Assembly (NCBI GenBank): GCA_965655095.1
Contig: OZ296655.1
Span: forward strand, 70,990,001 to 71,024,945
DNA: 34,945 bases
Source of the DNA: Haplodiscus bocki
Taxonomy: Eukaryota
Reading direction: 5' to 3'
Part shown: positions 1 to 11,759 of the stretch, piece after piece
Numbering within the stretch: the first letter of the stretch is position 1
How the letters are laid out: every line of letters starts with the position of its first letter
Position numbers and translations under genes: made by a program
Notes under the pieces: generated by a model
Seen by the model: the letters and a program-made list of their open reading frames with translations, nothing else
Databases searched by the model: none
What the model was told of the DNA's origin: nothing

Positions 1-31
1 GTCTGAAACACAAAACAACTTCCTGAAACCT

Positions 32-2609
32 ATGATTTTGTTCACTCAGAAATCCACAATTCTATTCTCTGTGATATTATTTTCCTCATTGATGAAGCTT
101 GCTGATGCAATCCTTACTGAAAAATTGATACAACTTGATGATCCTCGGGTTAATAAACTCCTAGCCACTCATTCTGATTGTTCTAAACCATACAAACCGA
201 AACAATTTAGTTTAACTCGATCACAGAATTGTACTCAAGCTCCGTTTGAAATTGAATACACTAGGAGATTTGCTTCTGTTTTTATTCGGGCTAGAGCAAA
301 AAGACGTACAACTTTTCGCTCTTCTGCAACTGTTCAAAAGAATAGAGTCTCTCGTGGTCAATGTTCAGATACCAATTAGCATAGACATGATTGTTTGGAT
401 TGACATTCTAAATCCAAGCCATTATCAAAAAAACTACACCCCAATATTTGTGAGAATTTTATCCGAAATCTTAATGGTGCGGAAAGCGCTGAACTGAATC
501 AATATTCTTATAACGGCCCTTTTACACACCTTAATCAACTGAGTTTTCAAGTCCAGATTGAAAATAAACAAAAGTCATATACTGTAACCAAACTGAATAC
601 TGTAAACACTGGTGTGTTGACCTATCAAGCAAATAAATGTTGGTCCTGATAATTCAAAATCAAGATCTGATGATGACAAAGAGTATCTTATTGATAAAGA
701 TAGCTGGTCGTCAATTTCTGAAGAAATTTATTTGGACTATGAAGATAAATTAGATAAACTAATATTCGAATGTCATACCGTTCCATGTCTGCTCTCTGAT
801 GGTTTTTCTAAAACAAACCTGGAACATTCATATACTATTATTTGGTTTTCTACAGTAATGTTTAATATTTCATATTTATGACTTTATTCGACGAATGTCT
901 AAATTGAACAACAGTTATTGGCTAGAGACTAAGGATGTTTTTAATAACACTGGAAAAAAACCTTGGAATTATTAACAGAGGTATATTGCCAACTGTTTTT
1001 CCTGACACTAATTGATCACTGGGGATTACTATTGCAAATTTATCAAAACTAGAAGTTTGCCCGAAAATTTCTTTCTCTAAAGAACCAACTCAAAAGCATA
1101 CAACTCAGCATCTTGATTCGTTTGTCACTTATCAGGAAGGTTTTGATATGAAAACTGGAAACAAATTCCAATTGTTGTTGGTAAAAACCCATCATTTAGT
1201 CAACCCTCGAATTCTTCACCGTTAGTCTCTGATTCTGTGAAAAACAAAAACTATCTTTCTCCAATGAATGACTCAAATATGTTCAGTACTGTAGTTTACG
1301 ATGCTCACCTAAATACAGAAAAAAAAGAGATTATTCTATCAATCATGTATTTAAATCTCAACTGAATACCCATACATCTTGTCTGCGAACTTGAACGAGC
1401 TCAATTGCTAACTAAATTAGCAATGTCTGTTCAAAGCCCTCAGCCTGCTGGTTACCTTTTAACGGGAAACTGTAATATTTTTCTATATGTAGAAGGCTCT
1501 ACTGTTTAGTTATATGGCTGTCTTTAATTTGTTCCACCACTGTATAAAGCTGAAAATTGTTTTGACCGTTTTTTTCACTTTTGCTGCCGCTCTACTTTGT
1601 AATGATAATCCGCAGAATGTCCTATCATTAGACATTAAAAAAATGAACAGTATGTACTGACATCTAAACCTGTATTATGAGCTACAACTGTGCTCTTTCC
1701 CCGAAACAATTTAATCTGCAAAAGTTCAAATACTTTCACTGCACAAGAAGCAAGAATTTATCGCAATGCTGCATTACCAATATTCTGGAATCGTGTTCTA
1801 TTCACGGAAGAACCTCAAACCACCCTGAAGTTTCTGGGAAAAACCAAGTCATATGACTTTTTAAACTCCCTCTGAAAAAGTTCCAACTGATTTATCTTGA
1901 AAACTTAAAAGAAATCGGTTTAATCTTTACAATGTTTTAAGGGTCGATCAAAATGATCACATCTTACACGTTGCTCTTTTGTTTGCTCCTGACTGATATG
2001 CTGATGCATTTAAAGAATTCTTTGACTTTCCATGTTTTCTTCTCAATCAATATGGAAAATATTCCTCCAATTTCTGTTTCTGCAATATGCTTTTTCTTTC
2101 CTACTGAAATTTTTTAGTTCAATATCAATCAATTTTAGACTTCACTAAAATATCACAATACTAATTTCTTTAGCTTGTGGATCTTTTATCAAACCAAATC
2201 GAATATGGTCACCGATATAGATGATACCGGACGTTACAAACGTCAACGAAAATCAATTCAACGTTTTGAAAACCCTCCTGTATTTTCTTCAAAAAGTAAC
2301 AGCTGGAAAATTCAAAAAAAGTTTTTAGTTAAAAAGCCAGAATTCAAACCTCAAATATCTGAATTTATTGAACCCTCAAGCTCATGTCAGTTTCAAGTAA
2401 CTGAACCTGAGAAGAATATTACTCTTCCTTTAACTTATCTGCATAACACAAAAGTGTCAACCGAAAACACTTCTCCGTATAATCCCCAAACAACATCATC
2501 GTTTTTGATCAACACTCTCATTCCACTCCCCATACATTCATTGGAAACTCTTTCAACCCATAAGCATCCTAGCCCTATAACATTTATTTTCATTGAAGAA
2601 CTATCTTAA
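32..2609 (+). pseudogene. Decayed class III-type (chuvirus/herpes gB-like) envelope fusion glycoprotein
   Basis: Signal-peptide-like N-terminus (MILFTQKSTILFSVILFSSLMKLADA), then LLATHSDCS..FSLTR..NC. Across frameshifts: LIFECHTVPCLLSDGFSK..YTIIWF (~760-845); VCELERAQLLTKLAMSVQSPQPAGYLLTGNCNIFLYVEGSTV*LYGC..LYKAENCFDR (1381-1569); AQEARIYRNAALPIFWNRVLF (~1741-1803); hydrophobic TM-like stretch ~2030-2180; polar tail 2175-2609. The order and spacing match the (Y/F)DC..CELER..C..C..GIY..F pattern of chuvirus-like glycoproteins. Many stops and frameshifts. Confidence 0.7.
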
Positions 2610-2612
2610 GAA

Positions 2613-5600
2613 GTGATCCAATCAACTATACTTCAAACCCTCATAAATAAAATGACATCAACGACACTGAAAACAATCAAAAAAATATATCTAGTCAGCG
2701 CCAGTGCAATCCGAAAATATCTGTTAAAGATGATTAAAAACTCTGCAATTCAGATTTTTTCTGCGACTCTCAACACTTTCATTCTTTCTCTACTCATCTT
2801 TGAATCAATTTCTTGTTTCTAAACTCTGAAATAAAAACTCTCAATTTTTTTTCTCCGATCAATTTTGTTTGCTAAACACTTTGTGATTTGCAACAAGTTT
2901 TTTTTTCTCTCAGTAATGTTTCCTTCCTGAAATTTGATCTGATTTTTCAATGAGTCAATTCCCATTGACCACTATATCCATCAATTTGTTACAATTCATT
3001 TCTTCATTTCGATTCGAAGGTAAAAGTTGAGCTTTTCGCAATATGGGCACCCCTGAAAAAAACTTTGGAAGCTTCTCTTCTTTTCACTAATTTTGAAAAT
3101 CAAGCCTTGGCTATAACTGTACCTAATGATTACACAGAAACTTTTTCGTCACAAAGCTCGCTTTCTGATCTTTCTCAAAAAACGACTCCCTTCACTGAAG
3201 TTAAGAACTCTTTACATGTTTCTAACGCATCTTTGAAAAAAATTGAATTTCAAAAAACCTCTAGTTGTGCTGCTTCGACTGTTAAAAGTGATACAAAGCC
3301 CAAAGGAGAAATACAAAATTTTTAACCACCCTGCATGCTTAACTTCAAATGGTATGCCTCCAAATCTGAAACTATCGTAGAAACCTGATTTAAATGGAGA
3401 TGATTCCCTAACATCTCAGTTATCAACGGAAAATTTTCAATATAAACCTCAACCGACATCAATGTATATGGTTTCAACACCGTATAACTTTCAATTAAAT
3501 GCAAATCGCTTTAGTGATCATTACATTTCGTATGCGTCAAAGCTAAAAACTCCATATGAGTACTGAACTGCGGATAATGAAAAAAAATTCTCCTGCAAAA
3601 GATTTTCTCACGAACTTCTATTTTTGATCTGCATGCTGATGATTCAAATCCGAAATTCCAATCTGCAAAAAAAAACCTGTCCATCTTGAGACATGTGAAA
3701 GTTTTTGGAATATTCTTCCTCCCAATTCCCAAAATTGTCTTTCTGAACAAAAACTTTACCTCTGCATTTTCAATCCATTCCTTTTATAATTTGAAAACAA
3801 CAAGTACAATTGGTTCACTGCGAAATTATGATCCTTTGAAACAATATTTTTTAATTTTCCCAAAAAATTTTATTGAAAGACCTCTAATTACTACTCAGGA
3901 AGGTAAAATTTCCAATGAATCTGCACATGATGGTCCTGATTGCATTCCAACCACAGTTGCTCAACCGTAATCACATTTGTCAGAAGTCTCCGACCACCCA
4001 CTGAATGATAAAGCTCTGAAAAAACATATTACTCTTGCTTCGCAACAGTAATCAATTAAAGAACTTCTCTTTCTGACTGCTCAATGAGCTGTTTTTTTCC
4101 AAAAAGCAATCTCGACATCATAATGTAAAAATAAATGCTTAATCTGTCTCTTAAAATCAAGATACCTCTTCTGAAAAAGTTCATGAAAACATTTCTGAAG
4201 CTGAAAATGGTAATGATCAATCAACTGAATTTCAAAAATTTTTGATCTTATCATACAAATTGAAGAATTAATTGAAACTTACCGAGCTGATAAATCTGAA
4301 TTATCTGACATTGATATTCTGAAGAAAATTCTTCACGGATATCACGCTGCATATTTCTCTCGTGCAACTTTCCAATTGAGTCTGACAACTATGCAACAAT
4401 CTTCAAGTGGACTGCAATCGGCTGTTACTTTACCGAATTGAGTTTTCAGGATTGACCTCCTTTCAAAAATTTGACACTGAACACTTTTCATTATTAAAAA
4501 GCTGTTTTATACGTAACACAAAAACAGTTTTCTGTAATATCTATTATTTCATACACCTGGAAAAAACTGCTCTACTCCAGAAAAAAATCTTTAAAATGTT
4601 GTAAAACTAATATTGTCTGATTCATTATGATCTCAAAAACTGAAGAAGGTCAAAAATTTCTGAATTTTACGTTTCTAACTAACTTTTTAGGTTTAGAAAC
4701 ATACTTCTCAACTCCACCTACAACTATGTATACCTCTTCGGCTGACTGTCACAACCAAACTGCCAAATCCTCAAATTTCAGAAAACAGCATGAAATTGCT
4801 GCTCTTCGAGTCTTCCTCAACAAGGCTCTTCAAGTGCTGAAAAAATACCCCAGGAGAATGTGAACAAATACTTTTCAGTACAACAAATTTCCATCGATTC
4901 CATGTTCATCTCTTTAAGCTCTTCTTTCCTCAACTGAATGATCAGACTTACTCTGACTCTGAAATCAACCTTCTGCTATTTCATTTTCTAAATCAGAACC
5001 ATTCACTTGTCAAATTTCTTGATCAAATTAACCATGATGCTGAAAAACTAATGAAACATGTCCTTAATGTTGTCACCCAAACTGACTTCGAATTATTGCC
5101 CCGAATCTGAACTTTCCCCGAATCAAAATGTCTTCGCCTCTCATGATATTTCGGCAAGCTTGAAAAATTCATTAACAAATTTACAAGTTACTATTCCTCC
5201 CTGAGGTTTGATGCTGATGATGAATACTCTGCAAAAATTGAAATGTTGCAAGTCAGTTATGCATCTTCTGAATATTCTTGTTCTGCAACGGTTCCACATA
5301 AATATCCTCCTACAATTTTGCCTATACTTATCCATTTTCAAATCTACCTTGTGATTCCCTATCACAATTGTAATTTTCCACAGAAAAACAATTCTACAAA
5401 AAAGTCCTTTACTCAATATTTCATAAATAACAGTCGGAAAAACAAAATGACTCAAGGAAAAAATCTGTCTACCTTTATTCCTCACAGAACTTTGAAATAC
5501 TGAATTTTGATGAACCCGAACTCTGTCACTTCGTAGAACATAAATTCGAAGAAATTATGAAAAAACAGTCTGTAAACTTCAAGAAAATATTTATACTACT
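2613..5600 (+). pseudogene. Decayed accessory ORF(s) of unknown function downstream of env
   Basis: A chain of short + strand ORFs (2613, 3065, 3686, 4407, 4627, 5243) with composition similar to the env gene, consistent with broken longer frames. No recognisable motif. Confidence 0.3.
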
Positions 5601-5647
5601 ATTTCATAAACATACTTCTGACAAATGCAAAGCTTAATTCATTTTCG

Positions 5648-6338
5648 TGTAACCTACTCCACTGACTGTTTGGCTCACTGTCTCACTGGCTCATTGCTTC
5701 CTCCCTGGCTGAACCTGACATGTCACTGGATTCCTGGTTTTTTTTAATTTCTGGGTTTCTGGATTTCTCGATTTCTGGCCCCATGACTCTGCTGGTTATG
5801 CTTGGCACTTGTTGGTTCTGCATTTTCTGGCTTTTGTTCTGGCACAAAAATATTTCTTTGGAATAGATGTTACAGTCAATCTTGCTGTTTTTCTGAAAAA
5901 CGATGATTTCTCACCCACAAGTATCAGCCAATGATCACTGTGTATCCACTTGGTTGAATAAATCCGATCACAATCTGCCTCCAAAGTCAAAATTCACGTG
6001 ATCTGGCTCAAATGTTCTTCTCACACTGCTTCATTATGCGTCACCCAGATCATTGCTTCGATGCAAGCAAAATTGGACACGCAATACTTTGAAACTGACC
6101 CTAGACGATTGGTTCACATAAGAATGATTTGGACATTTATCAGAAACTCTTTTCACAAGAACTCTTCTTTCTTATAAACCTCTCCATAAATTCTCAAAAC
6201 GGTTTTGCTAAACGCACAATTGCTATTGTTCCCGTTGTAATTATCTGATAACCTCTTTATAGTAGAATAAATTGCTCAGCACCTAAAAGTAATGCCTGTG
6301 TAACCCTAAATGCTTTGCCCCCCCCGTATTTTCTTACG
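5648..6338 (+). repeat. Possible LTR
   Basis: Starts TGTAAC and ends CTTACG (one mismatch from TTACA). Composition shifts abruptly, with short internal repeats (tggctca, cattgcttc, ctgg), a TATAAA-like site ~6173 and AATAAA ~6266. No clean PPT upstream and no TSD. Confidence 0.3.
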
Positions 6339-7299
6339 TAAAGAATCCTTTCTAATTCCAAAAATTTTGTAAAGTCATGTTTAAATCAAGTCAAATGAAT
6401 GAATGCAAAGTTATTAAATGTCCAAATCAAAAATTTTTTACTCTGAAAGCTTCTCTAAAATACCCTCTGAAATCTGAGTAATACTGTCAAAATATGAACA
6501 AAATTTCTGAAATTTTATGAACCAACTGTCTGAAGCTGATTCAATTTCGAAGAATAAACTTAATGACCCAACTTCTGAAGATTTCAAAACGAAATTGAAA
6601 TTCCCGCTTTTTTTCACATTTTCAGGTTTCAACTAGTCAAGTTGTCCACTTTTTTTCACGCCTGCAAGAGAACTTTTGAACTTTTTCCGGCAATGAAAGC
6701 ACAGTGAATAAAGAAAGCATAGTGAACAACAAAGAAAAAAAAGTTCTCACTGAATAATTCGTAAGCGAAAAATCTGAACTTTTCATTCTGCAACGCTGCC
6801 TTAGAAAAAAGTCGAACTACTTTTCAGACTGATATGTAATTATGTCTTGATACATCATCAACCCCCAAAGAAATATAACCTCTGAAATTTCCAAAACAAA
6901 GTGAAATGACCAAGATACTGAAATCAATCAGTTCCGATTGATAATTGATAGTTGTTAATTTAGGATTGCTTCGCACCTAAAATTAAAGATCAAACCCTTA
7001 AGATTTAACTGACAAAACGAGTTTAACTTACTTAAAACTCCTGTAAAACGAAAGATTATGAAGAAATGAACCTAATTACAACTAAAAGACTTCGCTGAAA
7101 AAAAAAAGACTTCGACGAGACCATGATAAAACAAAGAACTGAAAACCCACTTCAGCGTGCTATTATTTTATGAACAAGCCTTGAAATTTGATTGTTGAAA
7201 TTAAAAAACCATCGGATGTAATACGTACACAATTTTGAAAAGAAGGTCCTGAAATATCATTGGACAAAATGTAACTCTGTGTATCTTTTTATTTATGAC

Positions 7300-9460
7300 T
7301 TTTAATGAATATTTTTGATCTAGACATAAATCTAGAGTTGAAGTATTAACCAAGTAGAGAATAGTTGTTTTCTCAAGAGAACTACTGAGAAATCTGAGAT
7401 ATCGATAGCGTACGCCAAATCAAGGAATTAACCTCAAGTCAAGCAAGTTAGGAAAGGCCTGTGTTTTTCTTTGACAAAGTTTCTTTGTAGTATTAACTTA
7501 CCAACAGAAACATCCTTTTTAAAGTTAATACACAGGTCCGATTTACGGATTGAAGCCAAAACTTTGGTGATCGGTCAACATTCCGAAGGTAGCACCATGT
7601 TGATTGAGACCTTGACGGAGGAAACCCAACTTTTTGGATCTGAGGCAAGTGAAAGTCTACTTTAGGATAACTTTGAAAGTCTGGAGAATCAAAACTGATT
7701 GCACAATCTGGCAATATACGCCAATCAAAACCCCATGTAAGAGTCGGTGATTAAAAAAAGACTATTGTTGACTCAGATAAAGGTGAAGAAATGTAGAGGT
7801 TACCCATGCTAAAAACTGAGTCCAAATTTGAAGGAAAGCAGTAATCTTTGACTTTTTTCCTCTTCTTCAGTCAAGCAGGATGCAAAGAAAATTGAAATTG
7901 AAGCAAAGGGGTTCCTAATCGATTGACAATCTACATGTAGAGCCATGCTGACTTAGATCTCGGAACATTGAAAGAAATCCAGCTCTTTGTTTTGGGGAGC
8001 AGAAAGTTTCAACCTCGCTAGAAATATTACTAAACATGAGCTTCAGCATTTTAGGTTAAACTTAGTGCTAATAGCAGATCGCGGATCAAGGAACTTTCAT
8101 CGAAATCACCTTAGAATGCAAGATATATGGATTGGGAACTCGATGGTAAAAACCCAACTACTGGTTGTTTATTATCGTGAATTCTTAGTTTGAAAACGAG
8201 CAAAAACATTGCAGTATACATTTTTCACATTATCCGCCAACAAAATGCCCATGTAATTGTTGAAATCACTGAGTCTTGAATCGGCTAACAATCTAAGCGT
8301 AGAAAATTCTCCAGTGGAACAATCATGGTAGAAAGGAACCCGGTGTTTTTGAAGAAACTTTTTTCTACAAGTACAAAATTTTTGCTCGGGAGATTGAGAT
8401 CATGATTCACGAAATCCAACTTTTAACTATGGTGATAGATTTTTTCTAGATCAACAAATGATCAAGTTTCCCAAGCATAATTCATAATTTCTGTTTTCGG
8501 CTTCACAGGTCTGTGTTTTATGCAAAAAAAAGAAAGAAAATTTTTTCCGATGTTTTCTACATTTATGTCGTCGTTAGCTTAATACAAATCGTAGAAATTC
8601 AGGCGTTACTTCTGACTAAGAATAAATCAGAAGCTTGCGCGGAAGTGTTACTCTGAGAAGTTTTTTATATATTGGGTTTCTCTTGCACGGATCGGAATCT
8701 AGAAACTCCCAATAGAATGAATTCTTCAAAAGGGAATGCAGTCGATCAAGACCTTGATGGAGGAAATCAAGTCGATCTATTTGAAGTGTTGTGACTTGGA
8801 TAGTTGAAGGTAACCTTTGGTATTTTCATTGATTGACTTTTTTGAGCCTTGATGTTTTGGATGTAAGAAAGGAAGTCGAAGATATTCAAAGTAGGTTCCA
8901 TCTCAAGTTTGATGGTGTTGATTGATAACTCTATCAGGTAGAAGGAGTCTTTAGTATGGGAGAAAAATGACCTAACACGGCGACAGAAGGCAAAACTGAA
9001 CGCATACGTTGAGTTTTACGGCCTTTCAAGTCTCCTATGGGGAAATCAAAAACGAAAATTTTCCAAAATAGTATAACTCTACAAGTACCAAACTGCTGGC
9101 TGAGACCTTAATTGAAGAGTTCCAATCGTTGGTGGTGGCGAGCAAGCAGTTTGATAATCTTGGAAAATTTGTTACTATTTACATTTTTTGCATGTTCAGC
9201 GTAGCACGGTTTTCATACAAAACTTCAATCAGTGAATGTCTAAATTATTTGTCTCTGACACCTGAAACTTCTCTTTTGAGAATTTGGCTGTTGTTTTTTC
9301 AAAAAAATTGAAACTCTTTGGTATCGGTTCTTTGGAAGCAAACGAACAAATTTCTGTTGTCATTCGAAAGCTTTCATCAAAAGTGAAACCATCTCTCGAG
9401 AGCGCCGTAATACACAGTGAGTACCCTATTCTTCAGAAAAACCCATCATTCATCTAAAAA
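7300..9460 (-). pseudogene. Decayed minus-strand accessory ORF(s) containing two paralogous motifs
   Basis: Strand composition appears inverted relative to the flanks. Broken minus frames include RLDFLHQGLDR (~8741-8774) and KLGFLRQGLNQH (~7597-7632), which match at 22 of 26 nt. Confidence 0.3.
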
Positions 9461-9469
9461 GTTGCCCAC

Positions 9470-10915
9470 TACCTCAACCTAATCCAACAAATTCTTCCAA
9501 CGAAAAAACTCCAAAACATAAAGAAGTCAGTTATCAGAAAATTCATGAAAGTAGCGTATGGAAAAAAGTTCCCATCAATCAAGTTTTTCAATCTTGAAGA
9601 TATATTGAAAGATCTCCCAGAATTTAAAATGTTCTCAAAGCCAACTGATACGATTACCAAAAGAAACAAAATATCGACCCTTGAAGATGCTTTAAGCGAA
9701 TGTCATAATTATTCAAATAGCTGAAACTAATCTATACGTACGCCTTACCAACGTTGATACTAAACACAACCTCACTCGCATGCCTCTGAATTGGAATACG
9801 AAACCCCTCATTTATTCCCTTTCTTTATACATTTTTCATAACGGATCCTAAACTTTCTGATATTCAACATGTGCAATGTTACTCCATTTTATGAAGCTAA
9901 GTCTATTCTGGCTTAAATTTTCCAAGAGCACCGCTTGTATGTGTTTGCTTTCACTCATGATCGTTGAAGTGATTGAGCCACAATCTTCGTCAGACCAGTC
10001 GTCTCCTAGTTCAGCTCATAACCTTCAATTCATCAAACCAGTAATCCATATCTTGATGTCAGGTATCGACCTGCTATGAAAACCATAGCTTCAAAACCAT
10101 CAGCTTAGGCCATTTCAGAAGCTTAAACCTCTATTCAGGCAGAGATTTGATTTTAATTTGGTTTACCCCAAATTTTTCAATTTATTCAAGCACTTGAACT
10201 TTTTCCCATAATAATAGAAACTTCTGCTTTCAGTGAAGACCTTGATTCCGTTAGTTCATTAACACTAAATCCAGAACAATAGGTCCGTCCAAATGCCACT
10301 GGTTCTTTTTCCAGTACTTGGCCTGTAAATAATTATAAATGCCATTTCACACTCGGAATTTACCATGTGGTTTCTCATAAACCTGATCCTTGTTTTGTTC
10401 AATTAACTCACTTCATTCTCATACATCAAGGTCACCAAAATTTCACTCTCCTTTCAAAACTTCGGTTCTTCTGCTTCGGTGCCTACAAAGACTGGTATAT
10501 CATTTTTATCTAAAAATAAACACCCAGTACTGCAAACAATTTTCATCAATACCTCCTCCTTAATCTCCCAAATTGGATTCTGACAGTGAATCCTCTCTCA
10601 CAAATCCATGAATTCTTGAAGCGGAAATTAACTTTGATCAAGTTCAATAGGACCTTCAATGTCTGAAATTTCCAATACACATCAGTTTTCAATCTTCTGC
10701 ATAATCATTGGGTTTTGTGGTAGACGATTTCACTCGATAGTGACTTTTCTTAATCTTTTATCATTCCCACACGACAGCAACATTTTCCCTACTTCCGACA
10801 GATCTCCATAAAAAATAAAATTCGTTTGATTGTCAATGACTTTCCCTTCCTCCTCAGAATGAAGCCATTGGTTTTCAAATCAGTGGCAGAAAACCTTTTG
10901 ACTATTCATTGCTTA
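9470..10915 (+). pseudogene. Decayed plus-strand accessory ORF(s), unknown function
   Basis: A long frame with few interruptions at ~10160-10900 (..ELFPIIIETSAFSEDLDSVSSLTLNPEQ*VRPNATGSFSSTWPVNNYKCHFTLGIYHVVSHKPDPCFVQLTHFILIHQGHQNF..). Composition resembles 2600-5600. Confidence 0.3.
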
Positions 10916-11759
10916 TTTATTTATTTAGTTTTGTAGTTTCACACTTAATTGTTAAATGGTTGAATGATTTTTTTAAATACTAGATATAGATTAGAAAAAG
11001 ACCCACTTATTTGGTTGAGAACCAACCTTTTAAGCGGTTAACCCTACACAATCGCTGCCAGAACATCCCATTAAAAAAGATCAAAGAAATTATACGTTTC
11101 GAAGACTTCCAATTACGATTCAATTTCTCAAAAACTGATCCAATATGTTGCATGCAATATCCCGATGAATCTGTTAAAAACAGTTAAGCTTTCAACTGTC
11201 CACTTAACATAAGTAATTTTCCATTCTACGTCAAAGTCGAACGTTTCAATCATTTAGTGTTGATGTCTGACAAGAAAATTCGCTCCTTCCACTGAAAACA
11301 AACAAATATTTCCTTTTCCGCAGTAATCACAATAACTATGCCACGTTTGACTATGACAGCCAGTTCAATACAAAAAGTCATCCTTCCAGTAACAATGTTT
11401 TTGAATCACAGAATCAAGGCTAAATCCCGGGCATTAAAAATATTTTTTGAAAAAATCGCACCTTCAAATTAACAATACTCGGACTGACCATGACTTAATC
11501 GTGATCATGCTGAGTTTTATCTTCTGGAAACATCAATAATTTTTTCACAAAGTGAATTTTCCAGCGTCTGATTCTATGATTTCCTGCAAGATTTGTCAGC
11601 AATATTCAATACGGACAAGTGCTTTGGAAATACCGGAATCCACTATACATGACTTGTTAGTTAGTGTTGAACTACGAGCTAATCAAAAGTTTGATACTGC
11701 AACTCAATTTTTGTATATTAACCTTCCTCAAAAGGCTACAGCATTAGGTCGGTATACGT

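Larger units (their letters stand above)
1..6338 (+). mobile_element. Probable 3' part of a large env-bearing LTR retroelement or endogenous viral element (gag-pol not in window)
   Basis: The env-like gene is followed by ~3 kb of same-strand decayed coding-like sequence and an LTR-like segment. Element identity is inferred, since no gag, RT or integrase is visible here. Confidence 0.4.

Noticed and set aside
6318-6326. C8 run as a minus-strand polypurine tract
   Set aside because: It is not immediately followed by a TG LTR start on the minus strand.
11310-11661. Possible host exons (acceptor ttttccgcag ~11323; ccag|11565-11655|gttagt encoding SDSMISCKICQQ..)
   Set aside because: The splice-like signals exist, but I could not build a phase-consistent multi-exon ORF or recognise a domain. 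RNA-seq would be needed.
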